A DNA stretch of 64,000 nt. Origin: Azolla caroliniana. Lineage: Eukaryota > Plantae > Polypodiophyta. The position numbers were made by a program, and so were the translations under genes. The notes beneath the pieces are model-generated. The model made no database searches. It saw only the letters and a program-made list of their open reading frames with translations, and was not told where the DNA came from. Where the stretch lies: assembly GCA_043228905.1 (NCBI GenBank), contig JBHGNT010000004.1, positions 13,144,001 through 13,208,000 of the forward strand. The letters run 5' to 3'. The stretch's first letter is position 1; each line of letters begins with the position of its first letter. This document shows positions 12,784 through 26,690 of the stretch, piece after piece.

Positions 12784-13487
12784 TGTCGTGCCCTTCGGCT
12801 CTGGATCGTTGCATGAGTCGGGTGGGAACCGCCGAGGTTTTTGACTAGGAGGAAGAGGAATACAACTTAAGGCTAGTTATGAATAGTGGAAAGAGAAGTA
12901 AGATAGCAATCTCGTGAATCCCACGAGTTTAGTGTAATTAAAACAATATTTTGATTATAAGAGCAATTAGATGGCAAAATTCGTGAATCCCACGAATGTA
13001 TTTGATTGATCAATCCTTGAATATTAATCAACAACCTTATACATATTTCTCTCCTCCTTATATAAAGATGGAAGAGGCTAAGCATGGCTTCATGCTTTTT
13101 CACCTAAAGTGTCCATGCACACTAAATGTGCATGTGATGCTTTGTCATTTCCTAAATATAGGGCTCATGCACGCTAGATGTGCATGAGTCACTTTTAATG
13201 TCACGTGTAAATAAAATATTCACACTCTAAAGAATACATGATTTTTACCTTTTAATAAAGGTATGTGTAAATAAAGGTCTTATACGTATTAAATCTATAT
13301 TTATAACACTAAAGATAAGTTATTACAATGGTAAAGTTGGGGTTTATCTACGTGGAGGTGCATGGTTCGAATCTTGCCCTATGCATGTGATAAATTCTTT
13401 TGATATATTATTTATTTATTTATATGTATCTAAAATCGGATATATTATTTTATGGTTTTCACGTAGTGTGTGGAATACACTACAACA
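12784..13487 (-). mobile_element. Solo LTR of the tRNA-Trp-primed gypsy family
   Basis: TGTCGTGCC...CACTACAACA, homologous to 51288-52155 and 58713-59442; 4-bp TSD acgc/acac; the copia sequence resumes afterwards. Confidence 0.9.
13314..13386 (+). promoter_or_regulatory. tRNA-like Pol III cassette in U3 (antisense to the LTR)
   Basis: Degenerate A box TATTACAATGG at 13321; B box GGTTCGAATCT at 13364. Confidence 0.62.
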
Positions 13488-13992
13488 ACACAAAGTCCGA
13501 AGTCTTGAAGAGAGTCTGATCTCATTTTGGCGAAGTGGACCGAATGAGTAATTGAGTCGGTTTGACCAATCAGATGAAGAGTTGGCGAGTAGTGGCGACT
13601 TGACCGTGCATTCCTTGCGTGGGGAGCCGAAGAGACGGCTTACGCGCAAAGAAAAGAGAAAGAAGAAGATGACAGAGTATGGCATGGATAGGGACGAGTT
13701 GGATCGACACGAATCTGACTCCGAGAAGAGTGATGATGGGCCTTCAAGAGCGAAGTCCGCGTCGGCCAGAACGACCTCAGCATCGGCTAATGTGCAATTA
13801 CGCCAATCTACCCGCCAGAAGAACCATATTGTGTGGTTCGGATACAAGTACATGGCGCATCACTATGCGTCCATGACATGCGTAGCGGAAGTGTGTAAGC
13901 GGGAGAGCTACGCAGAAGCCCAAAGGACACGAATTGGCGTGCCGCCATGGAGGAAGAGATGAAAGCACTTGCGGAGAATGAAACCTAGGACT

Positions 13993-16900
13993 TGGTGTCA
14001 GTACTTCTGTCAGTTTGTATGGACTTGTATGAAAGTGCTCCCTGAGCACATCCTATGTACAAAGTTTTACACATTATTTTGAATTTAGTTTTTTCTGTGT
14101 ATTTATTTCCTCTTTGTCTCTCCTGCGTACATTGTGTCTTAAGCTCTCCATTAAACCTGTTTTTCTCTGTCGGTATTCTGTGTTTCGTATAGCTTCTGCA
14201 CATTACATTTAGATAGTATCACAACGCGAGGGTTGAGAACCTTTACAACAGACTTCAGCTCGAAACAACAACAAAAAAACCTAATCTTGGTAAAGAACGA
14301 AAAGGGCAAAATGGATAGAAGAATGGCTAGTTTGCTTCCAACTGAGAAGCTCGACAGAAGTAACTATGCATCTTCGTCGTACAAGATGCACCAGTACTTG
14401 CTTAGATATGAATACTGGAGCTATGTCGATGGAGTGAATGATGCAGCACCTGAATCAACACACAGAGACTTCCCGGCCTAGGAACAGTCAGCGAGCTGAG
14501 TTCTCTACTGCTTCGCTTCCTCTGTGAGCGAACAACTCTTGAACTACATTCGGGATAGAAGAATGCCGAAGGATGCTTGGGGAAATCTGAAAAATATTTT
14601 CGCCGCAAGCACCACAGCTAGGAAGCTCCAACTCTAACAAGAGTTGAGCAATGTGCGTCAACGCGACATGGACAGTGGCTGACTACACCTCCAAGACAAA
14701 GGATATCTACGATTCCCTTGTCTCCATCGATGTGAACGTTGAGGAGAGCGAAATGGTGCAGATCTACCTTAGAGGATTGGCATCGAAGTTTGGAGCATTT
14801 CGAACAGCTTCCAGTCGGATGCTCCTTGTAGATGAGAATCAGGTGGGTGCATCAACGAGTATGCATGCCGACAACAAGATGTTGTACACGGAGGGAGATA
14901 GGCCTCGTGGTCTTGGTGGATGAGGCGAATCAGTGCACAATGGAAGTGGCCGATGGGTGCAAGGAAGAAGGCATCGTGGTGATGCCGACAACAATTCAGG
15001 ACCCTTCGGAAGCAAGGGGAGTCGAGGAGGGGACGAGAACTAAGAAGGGAAACACATCGCGGAATGTTGTTATTGTGGCAAGAAAGGCCACAAGGAGAGC
15101 GAGTGTTGGAAGAAGTGCGCCGATTCAGAGAAAACCGGATCTGGATCCGGACGGACCGATAGGGAAATCGGTAGCGGACGCACTACGCCAAAGGATCCGA
15201 GAAAGTCTGAAAGGAGATAGCCTTCATGACAAGATACGAAGCAAACTCGATGAAGAAGACCACCTCGAAATTGGACGAAGTGTGGTATGTTGACTACGGA
15301 ATGTCAAACCATATGACGAACCATAAAGAGTGATTCTCATATCTGGAAAAACCAGAACAACCGGGAGTGATCGCAATAGGAGATGACACTCTGCATTTGA
15401 TCGTACATGTCGGTGAAGTTCCCCTCAGCCACGTCGAGCAAAAAAGGAAGCTAATGAACGTGTTACACATCTCGACAATTACAAAGAATATGGTGTCGGT
15501 CTGACAGATCATTTTCCAAGGGATGCAAGTCCGGTTTACGCATCTCTGGTTATTCATCGACGAAGAAGACCAAGTTATTGTGCAAGGGCATAGAGATGGG
15601 AGGATGTTCATCCTTGACACCAATGACGTAGGAACCGCCATGTTCGCGAAAGGGCAAAAAGTTGAGACGGATATCGACTTGTGGCATAAGCGGATTGGCC
15701 ACGTCAAATACCAAAGGCTTCAAGACCTCCAATCGAAACAAGTTGTGTTCGGATTGCCAAAATTCAGGGGTGGAAAGGCCCAAATTTGTGAAGTCTGCCA
15801 ACTAGGGAAGCAACACCGACGTCCATTCCTCAACGAGTGTAATCAGAGCCGAAATAAGCTCCACTTGATACATTCAGATGTATGGGGACTGGCACAGAAC
15901 GTGACTCTTGGCGGGAGTCTATATTTCGTCTCCTTCATCGACAACTAAACTCGGCACACATAGATCTACCTCATTGAAAAGAAGAGTGAAGTGTTCGACT
16001 GTTTCCGGAACCTTAAAAATCCTGCCGAAAGGGAAACATGGAGGAAGATCAAGCGCCTACAGTCAAATGGCGGAAAAGAGTACTTTTCCGGCCAATTCAA
16101 GAGTTATCTGCAACAAATGGGAATTCGGCGTGAATTCATTAGTTGCAGGTATATGCCAGAGCAACACAGTGTAGCGGAAAGGAAGAATCAGTCGGTTGTG
16201 GAAGCGGCGCGGGGAATGCTGGAAGAAAAGAGCATGACCAAGTTCTATTGGGCCGAAGCGGTCCGAACTGCAGTCTACATCCAGAATCGGATCGACGAGA
16301 AAGTGTTGGCACATGAGCTACATTTCGGAAGGAAGCCGAATCTACGACACTTGAGGGTTTTTGGTACCATCACGTATGTGCATGTGCCAAAGGAGAAGCG
16401 GAGGAAGCTAGACGCGAAAGCCGAGAAGCATATCTTGGTCGGCTACTCGGACGAATAGAAGGGTTCTAAGTGTTATAACCCCTGAACGAAACAAGCTCGC
16501 GTAAGTCGCGATGTCATGTTCGATGAGTCTGCGTCTTGGTACTTGTCTCCGACTCTGGACCTCAGCTCCAATCCGAGTTCTGAAGATGAGGTTAGCGAGG
16601 CTGAGATGCCTCCTGATGAACTCAAAGTCAAAACTCTTGAAGAGAGTCCGGTCTCATTTCGGCTAAGTGGACCGAAGAGCAACTAAATCAATTTGACCAG
16701 TCGGATGAAGAGTCGGTGAGTAGTGGAGACTTGGACATGCATTCCACGTGCAGGAAGCCAAAGAGACGTCTTACGCGCAAAGAAAAGAGAAAGAAGAAGA
16801 TGTCGGAGTATGGCACGGATAGGGACGAGTCAGATTGATGCGAATGCAACTCCGTGAAGAGCAATGAAGGGCCTTCAAGAGCGAAGTCCACGTCGGCCAG

Positions 16901-17655
16901 AACGGCCTCAACATCAGCGAATGTGCAATTACGCTAATCTACCCGCAAGAAGAACCTTGTTGTGCGGTTCGGGTGCGTGAGCCCGAGAGCTACGTAGAAG
17001 TGACAAAGGACGCGAATTGGCATGCCGCCATGGAGGAAGAGATGAATGCACTTGCGGAGATTGAAACCTGGGACCTGGTTGACACCCCATAGGGTGTAAA
17101 GCTGATTGGATGCAGGTGGGTGTACAAGGTCAAGTACAACACCGACAACTTGGTCAATCGATACAAGGCCCGATTAGTAGCAAAAGGCTACGCGTAGCAA
17201 CACGACATCGATTACTATGAGACGTTTGCGCCAGTCACGAAGATGACGACCGTTCGTGTTTTGCTTGCGGTAGCTGCAACAAAGAGGTGGCATTTACATC
17301 AGATGGATGTAAAGAATGTGTTCCTGCAAGGTGAGCTTGAGGAACAAGTGTACATAGTACAGCCGCCCGGATTTCACTCCGGAAAGAACACTTTGGCGGA
17401 CTAAAGCAAGCCTGTGTGCCTAGAACGCGAAGATCATGCAGCGATTGTGTTGAATGGGATTTGCGATGTCCAAATCGGACTCTTCATTGTTTGTCCGGCA
17501 AGGTTGACTTGGGTCGGTTAGTATTTTAGTTTGGGTTCATGACTTGGTCATCGCCGGCATCAACCTAGATGAAATTGACCACGTAAAGCTCCAACTTGCG
17601 GCATCATTTGATATGAAGGACCTGGGGGACCTTCATTACTTTCTCAGGATCGGAG
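13993..17655 (+). mobile_element. Ty1/copia element (family A, copy 2), 5'-truncated LTR, ends within RT
   Basis: LTR remnant about 13993-14212 similar to 10140-10350; decayed PBS TAGTATCACAAC; gag, PR and INT paralogous to copy 1; RT motifs YKARLVAKGY and [11 protein letters not shown] at 17150-17340. Confidence 0.9.
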
Positions 17656-17659
17656 CAAC

Positions 17660-19260
17660 CTGTTCCAGATAATGCCTCAATAGCACATTTTCATGTATAA
17701 GTTATTTATAACATATTACATACTAGCAAAACAATAGGTACCTGAATCTTATCTCTGATTGTTTTAACTACCAAAGTGACTTTGCTCTCCATCGCAACAA
17801 CCAATGTTGCTTTCTCTAAATCAGTCTTAAAAAAATCCAATGTCGCACAGGCTTCATGGACATTTTTGAGCTTATAGCTAATCAATGTGTCACTTGTATC
17901 ATCGACATTCGCTTTCATTGTGTGTCGGTGTGGCGTATACTTGCGGGTTTCTTGGGAGTCAGCAGTTGCATCATCAACTACCATGCTCCAAAATCTTGCC
18001 ATTTTTTGTTACAAGCTCCCCATCTTCTGACATCTTTCTACCGATGCCTCACCATAAATTGCCCAAGCTACCCTGTACATTTCAGGGTCACTAGATTCCT
18101 TTGTTTTTTTGCAATACTCGTATGCAAAAGCTCTGGCAAAGGAAACGAACAACTCGTTGTTGACTGGGATCTCTTGATGTACTTTCTGGTACGATCTCAT
18201 GCAGTCGTCGTATAGGTCTGATCGTAAATGCTTGACCTTGACCTTGCCTTTCACTCTAGGCACTTTATATATTGACATTCAGTCTACATCACTCACTAAT
18301 CAATCTATCTGTTAGAATAGCAGGGTAAATACCCTCGAGCGACATACCATATATGTTGTGAAAGTCCTCCTTTGTCTCGCAAAATTTTGTGAAGTTCAGG
18401 ACTCTAGGATAGGGAGGAACGAGCCACCTGAAATAGAAAATCAGTAATCAGAATTGGTGCAAAAATAGAAATTTTAATGTGAATTTGGTGCAAAATTACA
18501 ACACTTTGAGACAGTAATCTGAAATTTGTAATCTGTTCTTTTCAACATGTATTAGAAATAAACCACTTAAAAAATCATAAAGCCTAATCAGAATTTGTCA
18601 TGAGAATTGGTGCAAAATTACGACACATTGTGATAGTAATCAGAATTTTGTAGTTAGAAATTTTTACCTGAAATTTGTAATTAGAAACCCTAAACCACTT
18701 AAGGCAAACACAAACCCTAATCATCACTAAAGGCAGAAATCAACCGTACTACGAAATTCTGTCAATTAGAAACACAAATGCTGCTACACCCTGATCTTTG
18801 AGACATCCTTGTTTGGGACTCCAATGACTTCGCCCTATTCGATTTTTAGGAAAGATGAGTAGGCACCAAAGTTACAAACAGTTATCAGGAAGGAAAAAAA
18901 GTTTTCTTAATATGTAACTGATATATACCTGGACGAGGATCCACTTGGTCATGTGTTGTAGCTTTGAAGGTGCAATGTTGATCTGAGATTTTTTGTGCTG
19001 CTGCGGGAGTTTCATCTGCGTTCATGCTCAGAGTACTCCATTTGTTTTGAGTTTGAACTCAAACTCAGGATTATCAAGAATTTAATGACATTCAAGTCGA
19101 CCTTAGATGATGGCACTATTACCCATGTTCCACTACGTCAGAAACCAAAGTTCAAATATTTGAGTATTCTCATAAATTAAATGACATGTATTTAACTAAT
19201 AAAACATGTATTTAACTAATTAGCTATGACCATTTTAGTAGCTAATTAGCTATAATAGTG
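17660..19260 (-). other. Spliced-gene-like relic, possibly the 5' end of a CACTA-type DNA transposon
   Basis: Minus-strand ORFs 17706-18002 and 18009-18278; acceptor ATTTTCTATTTCAG at about 18428; donor-like CAG|GTA at about 18928 and 17741; the minus strand begins CACTATTATAGCTAATTAGC at 19260. Confidence 0.35.
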
Positions 19261-19275
19261 TTTTCACTCGCACGT

Positions 19276-19608
19276 TGTTACCCATATCATTTAAATAGAA
19301 ATCGAGGTATTGACCTTGAGCTCTGTAGGTAATAAACTACAAATGGGTCCCCACGGTGGATCTTTTCCTGGCTGAAGATAAATAGGACAATCATAAGGTC
19401 AATGTTCTGGGAGTTTATTAGGTTTGTCCTTATTGAAGACATCTTGAAATTCTTGATACTTGGTTGGAAGAAAGGTACCCGACTTTTGTTGAGTTGGTGT
19501 TGGCATTGTTATTATCGCAAATATAAACATTTCTTCTTTCTCTCCCTCTTTGTGTAAGTTTTCCAAAGATATTGTTGAGATCTAATGGCATTCTAAATTT
19601 GGGTTATA
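19276..19608. repeat. Possible old solo LTR
   Basis: Imperfect inverted termini TGTTACCCA...TGGGTTATA; non-coding; no clear TSD. Confidence 0.3.
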
Positions 19609-19639
19609 AGTAATAGGGAAATCTGATATATGGTTTTTC

Positions 19640-22600
19640 TTGGCTGGATATGTTTCGTCTGGGAATGGTAGGCCACGTTCTTTGCAAGGTGGACGACACT
19701 TTGACTATCGCAGAAGAGCCAGTATTCCTCCTGTTGGATCCCTAGCTCTCCGATGAAGTCCTTCATCCAGATTATATCCTTGCCGGCTTTCGCACCTGTC
19801 ATGTACTCTGCTCTGCCTCTATGATTCACAACACAATCGTCTTCTGCGGCCTCGACTGCCATGAAACAATTCCCCCTGCATAAGTCATGACATATCCAGA
19901 TGTAGACCGGCTGTTATCCACATCACCTGACATATCGAAATCGGTGAATCTGTCAAGTTGGGGATTTCTGGAGCCGAACCGGAGGCACATACTCGAGGTG
20001 CCTTTTAGATACGGGAGTATCGGGAGTATCCACTTGACCGCGTTCCAGTGCTCTCTTCTGGGATTGCTCATGAACCGGCTCACCACTTCCACTACATATT
20101 CGATATCTTGCCTGGTACATAACATCACGTACATCAAGCTTCTGACGGCAGAGGCATATGCTATCTTCATCATATCCGTCTTCTCCGCCTTTGTCCTCAG
20201 GCTTTGTTTTCCAGATAGCTTGCAGTTGGCCAGAAGTGTCGATCCGACCGGTTTTGCCTTCGACATCTTGAACCGTTGAAGCACCTTTCTCATGTACTTC
20301 TCTTTTGACAACCACAACAACTTCTTCGACCAGTCTCGGATGATGTGCATTCCCAATATCTATCTTGCCGGACCCAAGTCTTTCATTGAGAAGTTCCGGC
20401 TCAGAGCCTTCTTCATCATCCAAATCTTGCCTTGGTCTTGTCCGACGATCAACATATCATCCACATATAGCAAGAGTATCTAGAAATCTCCTCCATGAAA
20501 TTTCTTCACAAATACGCAGTGATCGGCCCGCGTCTTGTGGTACCCTTGGTCGGTCATGAAGGAGTCAAACTTTTGGTACCATTGCCGGGGGACTTGCTTC
20601 AATCCGTATAAGCTCTCCTTTAGCCGGCACACCAGGTGCTCCTTCCCTTTCTTCTCAAATCCTTCCGGTTGATGCATGTACATCTCTTCTTCGAGGTCTC
20701 CATGTAGGAATGCCGTCTTGATGTCCAGTTGCTCTACCTCGAGGTCCATGCTTGCCACTATGCTCAATATTATTCAGATGAATGTCATCTTTCCTATCGG
20801 GGCAAAGATCTCATCGAAGTCCACTCCTTTCTTCTGTTGGAAGCCTTTCACCACGATTCGGGCCTTATACCTTGGTGGATTTCTGGCATCTCCTGGTTTC
20901 AGCTTGTACACCCACTTGTTCTAGAGTGCCCTCTTTCCTTTCGGCAACTCCGTCAGTTCATACGTCTGGTTCTCATGCAGGGAATCCATCTCGTCCTGCA
21001 TGGCACTCAACCACTTGCGGTTATGGGTGTCTTTCTTTGCTTCTTCGAAGCTTTCCGGCTCCCGCTCATCGGTTAGCAACATATGCTCTGCATCCGGAAA
21101 TCTCCTGAGCGTTCTTCTCTCTCGGAGAGGTATCTCCGTCTTTGGTCTTCGGCAAGCGGTTCCTCTATCTACTCCTCATCCAAGTCCGATTTGGGATCTT
21201 GTCCAGTTCCAATGTCTTCTTCTTCTTCAATTGGTTCGGTTTCTTGTCCGAATCTAGCCGGTTCATCAGGTGTCATCCGGTTACTGGCTAACATATGGTT
21301 TTCTGGAGTTCATCACCTTCTTCTCCGACTCCCAGTTGGCGATGGTCCTGTCTTCCATGAAGACTATGTCCCGACTCCGGAACACCTTCTTGTCGACCAG
21401 ATCCCACACCTGGTAACCGAACTCATCATCAATGTATGCAAGGAATATGCATGGCTTGGACTTCAGATCTAACTTTTCTCTCTTGTCCTTTGCAACATGC
21501 ACATAGGCGAGACACCCGGACACCTTCAGATGCCAATAAGACATGTCCTTACCGGTCCATACTCTCTGTGGTGTGTCTCTATCCAAGGGTACTGAGGGTG
21601 ATCTATTTATCACGTAAGTCATTGTCGTCATCGCCTTAGCCCAAAACGTCTTGGGTAACTTTGCATGTGCAAGCACGCTCCAGACTCTCTCCATTATGGT
21701 CCGGTGCATCCTTTCGGCCAACCCGTTTAGTTCCGGCGTCTTTGGCATGGTAAATTCGAGCCGGATTCTCCTCGACTGACAGTATTCCTCGAACTGCTCC
21801 TGGTATTCTCCTCCGTTGTCTGCTCGAACCGCCTTCAGCTTCCAGCCGGTTTCTCTTTCTACTCTCGCGTGGAGTTCCTTGAAGACGGATAGCACATGAT
21901 CCTTCATCTTCAACGGTGAGACCCACAACTCCCGGTTGTGGTCGTCTATGAACGTCACGAAGTACTGCGATCCGGCATGTGACTTCGTGTCCACTTGACA
22001 CACATCGTAATGCACCAACTCCAGTGGTGCATTCTGTCTCATCGGTGGTCTCGACCGAAAGGAGGTTTGGTTTTGCTTACTAGCCAAGCAATCGGTGCAC
22101 TTCTCAAAATGCATGTCTTTCACCTCCGGAATGAGGTTGACTTCGGCAAGTCTTCTCATCCCCTTCTGGCTTATATGACACAATCTCTTGTGCCACAGCT
22201 CACTGGCAGTGTCGGATGCTACATTCACTTCTTCCTGGTATATCCAGGCCTGCATTAGGTACAACGTGTTGATCTTCTGGGCTTAAGCCACAATCAGGCT
22301 TCCTTTGCTGAATTTCATGACTCTGTTTCGGAAGCTACCCGTTGTCGCGTTATTACGTGCGTGCGTGTAGAAGGGGGCAGGACCATTGGGGTCTCGGACG
22401 AGGGAGAAAAGGGATGCCAAGAAAACCAACTCCAGACACGACCCGGAGGCAACATAACACGAGAGAGAGAGAAAAAGGGCATGCGCATGACGCCAACTCT
22501 TATGCACAGGAAACGAAAAGGGCTATACACCCAACACCACCAGAAACACCAATATGCACAAATAGATGTAAGTGTTTATATTACACAGGGGAAAGATACA

Positions 22601-23829
22601 ACCTCGGCTTCGAGCCGGGTACACTCAGAAGAAGAGAAGTTAGCCCTAACAACTTTGCTGCCATGGCTGCGGCGCCCAACTTCCCAAGAAGAAGGAGAAG
22701 AAGAAGATACTAACCCTAGGAAACAGGATGACCCTCGACAAATTTGGTATACGCTCACGACTCAAAATGGGCAACCCCATACAAGAGATCTCTTCCTTCC
22801 TTTTATAGCCCAAGGAGGGAGGGACGTTACAATGTGGGATAAATCCCTTATTACATGGGATCCGTTGTCCCAACTTTATTGCCTCTTCGGCGCGACAAAG
22901 GCACCCCTAGCCCCTATGCTAATTCTGTACAAGGGTGGGTGCACATGGTGCACCTTGCCAATCCTTCCAACATTCTCTGATTTCTCATTGTGGCCTGAAA
23001 TCTTCATGACACCGTGTAGCCATTATCATCTAACCGACCGAGTGATATTGGGTCCAGTCGAACCTCCGGAACGTGTCGGACATCCTTCAGCAGCAACTTG
23101 CATCCAGTTGATGTCGTCAACAACACATCTCCTATGTCGATGATTCGGCGGATCCCTTCATTCCCCATCCGGACACAACCGTGATCTCCATCTGCGTAGG
23201 ATGAGAAGCATCTCTGGTCCAGTGTCAGATGGAACGATGCTCTGGAATCAACATCCCATGTTGTCTTGTCGCCGAAAGGGTTTAACTCATTCTCCTCGGT
23301 AATGAGCATCAGTTCTTCTTCGCTTGTTGCGATTGTCGTCGTTCCTTTCTGATCCGGACCTCTCTAGTCTGAAGCGTTCCGGTCCGAGCCCTTCGTCGAA
23401 TATGCAATGTCGGTTCCTTTCTCTTTCTGGAAATGCTAACAGTTCTTGTGGAAATGCCCCGGCTTCCCACAGTAGAAGCAAGTAGGTCTCCCCCTTGACT
23501 TCGACCTCGTCCCAGATCTGTCCCGGTTTTGGGGACTCCAATACTGGCCTCTTCCCCGGTTGTGGTCATATTCCGTGACCAAGGCCTTCGGATTGGTTCC
23601 GGACTCCTGGTCCTTCCGGAGAGCTTCTTCATCTAGCAAGATTGATTTTACCCTTACTAGGGACAACTACTTTCCTTACGGCCCGACATGGCCCAATGTC
23701 ACAACTAGCGTCTCCCAACTTTCCGGGATGGAACCGAGCAGGACTAATGTGAGTACCTCATTGGCGAGAGGTACTTCCAACGAGGTTGCCTAGTGGATCA
23801 GTCCCTGGAAGGCATTCATGTGCTCCGAC
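19640..23829 (-). mobile_element. Ty1/copia (Tnt1/Tork-like) internal region, degenerate, no LTRs retained
   Basis: gag CFYCGKPGHFHKNC, PR WDVDSRASFH, INT ORF 21281-22264 (LWHKRLCH, VRADNGGEY), RT QLDIKTAFLHG/YVDDML, RNase H SRSTSGYVMT/CDSQS. Confidence 0.92.
22343..23011 (-). mobile_element. Solo LTR with a 4-bp TSD
   Basis: TGTCG...TGACA termini; TSD ccgt at 22339-22342 and 23012-23015; removing it rejoins the copia frame (GYT|GSFRN); minus-strand TATAAAA at about 22805. Confidence 0.88.
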
Positions 23830-25858
23830 TTGTATAAAAAGTGTTTTGTAGGACATTTGTATGTACATAGTGTTATTATCTTGAATTGAGTTTACTGTTC
23901 TACTCTCTCTATCTCTCCCGCTTTGTGTCTCTGTGATTCCTGTATTGTATTGCCTCGCGTCTTGTGTGCATGACCAAATACTCGGTTGCATCAAGGATGC
24001 AAAAATGCCGAAAGAGGCATGGGAAAATCTTCGGAAGATTTTTGCCGCAAGTACCACCACTCAAAAGTTGTAGCTCCGACAAGAGCTCAATAGTATCTGG
24101 CAATGGGCCATGTCGATCACAGACTCCACCACCGAGATCAAGGAGATCTGTGATGCACTCGGTTCCATCAACGTGATAGTGGATGAGGACGAGATGGTCC
24201 AGATCTTCCTTGGTGGTCTATTATAACGATATGGGCTAATCCAGACAACAATTTGTGCCTGGGAGAAACCACTGTCCTTCTTCGACTTGCAATCTATGTT
24301 GATGGTCGAAGAAAACCACGCAAGTGGGTCAAGGACCACTCAATCGGACAATTAGATGTTGTACACAGAGGAGGATCAGCCCTGTGGGCGTGGAGGATGA
24401 GGTGGTTCGGCACGCAAGAGTGGCGGCTGGCAAGAGCATGTACGTGGATGACATGCTGATTGTCGGACGGGACCATATGAAAATCCGAGTGCTGAAGAAG
24501 GCCTTGAGTAGATTGTTCTTGATGAAGGATATGGGTCTGACAAAGGAAATCCTGGGGATGCACATTGTTCGGGATTGAACAAAGAAATTGGTGTGGCTGT
24601 CACAAGAAAAATACGTGACAAAGGTGCTCCAAAGAATCAGCATGGAAAGTGCGAAATTGGTCGTCTCGTCACTGCTGACAAACTGCAAGCTAAGCAAAGA
24701 ACAATGTCCAAAATTGAAAATCAAGGAGGCCGAGATGTCAAAAGTTCCTTATGCCTCGGTGGTTGGAAGCTTGGTGTATGTGATCGTATGGACTAGGCCA
24801 GACATAGGATACGCAATTGGCCTGGTTAGTCGATATATGAGCAACCCCGGAAGAGAGCATTGGGCTGTTGTGAAGCAGATACTTCGGTACCTGAGAGGCA
24901 CCTCTCGTGTGTGTCTTCGATTCGGCTCAGGTAATCCCACATTGGAAGGCTACACGAATTCGGACATGTGAGTTGATGCAGATACTAACGGATCCACGTC
25001 TGGATATGTGAGGACTTATGCAGCGGGAGTTGTTTCATGGTAGTCGAAGCTGCAGAAGGTTGTGGCATTGTTGACCACGGAAGCCGAGTATATGGCCGTA
25101 GAAGCAATTTATCGATGAGCTGAGAGTTCGATAGGAAGAATTTCGACTCTACTACGATAATCAGAGTGACATCCATCTTGGCAAGAATTCTGCCTACCAC
25201 TTGAGAACCAAGCACATCTAGAGGAGATACCATTGGCTCCGAGAGGGAGTAGAAGAGAAGGACTTTGCTTTGATGAAGATCGACACGATCGAAAATGGAT
25301 TGAATATGCTGACGAAGGTGCTGCCAGCCAAAAAGCTAAATGTTGCCGACAGAGAGTCAGTTTGGTGAAGTACCCCATGCCGGAGTGAAGGGGGAGTTTG
25401 TTGGGAAACAAGTCCCACCGGATGGGAAGAGAAGAACCAAGTTGGTGAGTAACTCGACCGAGGCCAAGATCAAAATTGAGAACCAAAATTGATTCGGAAG
25501 ACTATAATTGTAAATAGTCTAAAATGCCCCTTGTGGGCCATACTTGTAAATAACCTGAAAGTTGTTTTGGTATAAAAACAACTAGGGCAAACTTTATAGA
25601 TATGTGTTGATCATTAGTTGTTCTAGAGTTAGTGGAGGTAGTTGCCTCTGTGACTGTGAGAGGAAGAGTGAGAGTGTGAGAGTCAACTTTGTAGCCATCT
25701 TTCAGACAAAGGAAAACTCGAGGTCGTTGCCTCTCGAGTTCCTCATTGTACTTCTTCCCTACCATAGTGATCTGTTTGGAGTTTGTGAACTCCACGTGGT
25801 TTTCGCAATTCGGGTTTCCAAGTTAATCATCCGGTGTCTCTCTGTACTTGTGTTTCCA
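23830..25858 (+). mobile_element. Chimeric copia remnant: family-A LTR and gag pieces fused to Tnt1-like RT/RNase H, PPT and partial 3' LTR
   Basis: 23830-23970 resembles the family-A LTR; 23975-24435 is gag like 57200-57660; abrupt switch to MYVDDMLIV at 24438; PPT GAAGGGGGAG at 25387; LTR starts TGTTGGG at 25399. Confidence 0.8.
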
Positions 25859-26450
25859 GTTGGAGAAGTGCATCCTTTTCGGCTACTCACATGAGCAAAA
25901 GGGTTATAAGTGCTATAACCCCCGAACAAAACAAGTTCAAGGGAGCCGAGATGTCGAATTTGATGAGTCAACATCATGGTACTCTCTACCGACTCCGACC
26001 CCATTCCGGAAGGATGAGGCCAGTGATCCCAAAACGATCCAGGCAGAAGATGAAGCAAGATTCGGTACTCTAGATGAGAGTCTGATCTCATTCCGGCTAA
26101 GTGAGCCAAAGAAGTGACTGAGTCAGAATGACCAGTCAGATGAAGCTCGTGAATAGTGGAGACTCAATCATGCTCTCCCCATGCAAGGAACCGAGGAGAC
26201 GGACCTTCGGATTGGAGTGAGTCCGACTCTAGAGACGGATCTTAGGGAACAAAGTTCGAGCCCGAGCCGCCCAAGAGGGCCTTGCAATCGGCGGACGCGA
26301 AGTTACACTGATCGAACCCTGTAAAAAGGCACACGTATAATGAGTACATGACGCAAGTGGCAGAGGTGCGTGAGCCGGAGAGCTACGCAGAAGCAGTAAA
26401 AGACACACATTTGTGAGCCACTATGGAGGAAGAAATGCACGTACACAGTA

Positions 26451-26628
26451 TGTAAGAGAGTGTACACAGTATGTACACAGTATCTTTACGTGGAAAACCC
26501 TAAACGGGAAAAACCACGGGAGCCCACTAGCTCCAACTATCACTATGTAAGGAGAATGCAACAAAGGAACACAGAGGCAACGACCTCTTGCTCTCAATCT
26601 TTGCTTGACGGTAGTTACAATAGAGACA

Positions 26629-26690
<62 letters not shown>

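Larger units (their letters stand above)
9972..13992 (+). mobile_element. Ty1/copia element (family A, copy 1), degenerate and truncated at the start of RT
   Basis: LTR 9972-10350 (TGTTGAG...TTCACA), PBS TGGTATCAGAGC at 10351 (tRNA-iMet), gag with CCHC knuckle, PR WYVD..ASNH, LWHKRIGH, INT LRSDGGKEY. Confidence 0.92.

Noticed and set aside
22361-23143. 260-aa ORF as a captured gene
   Set aside because: It crosses the solo-LTR boundary into antisense copia sequence and has no recognisable motif.
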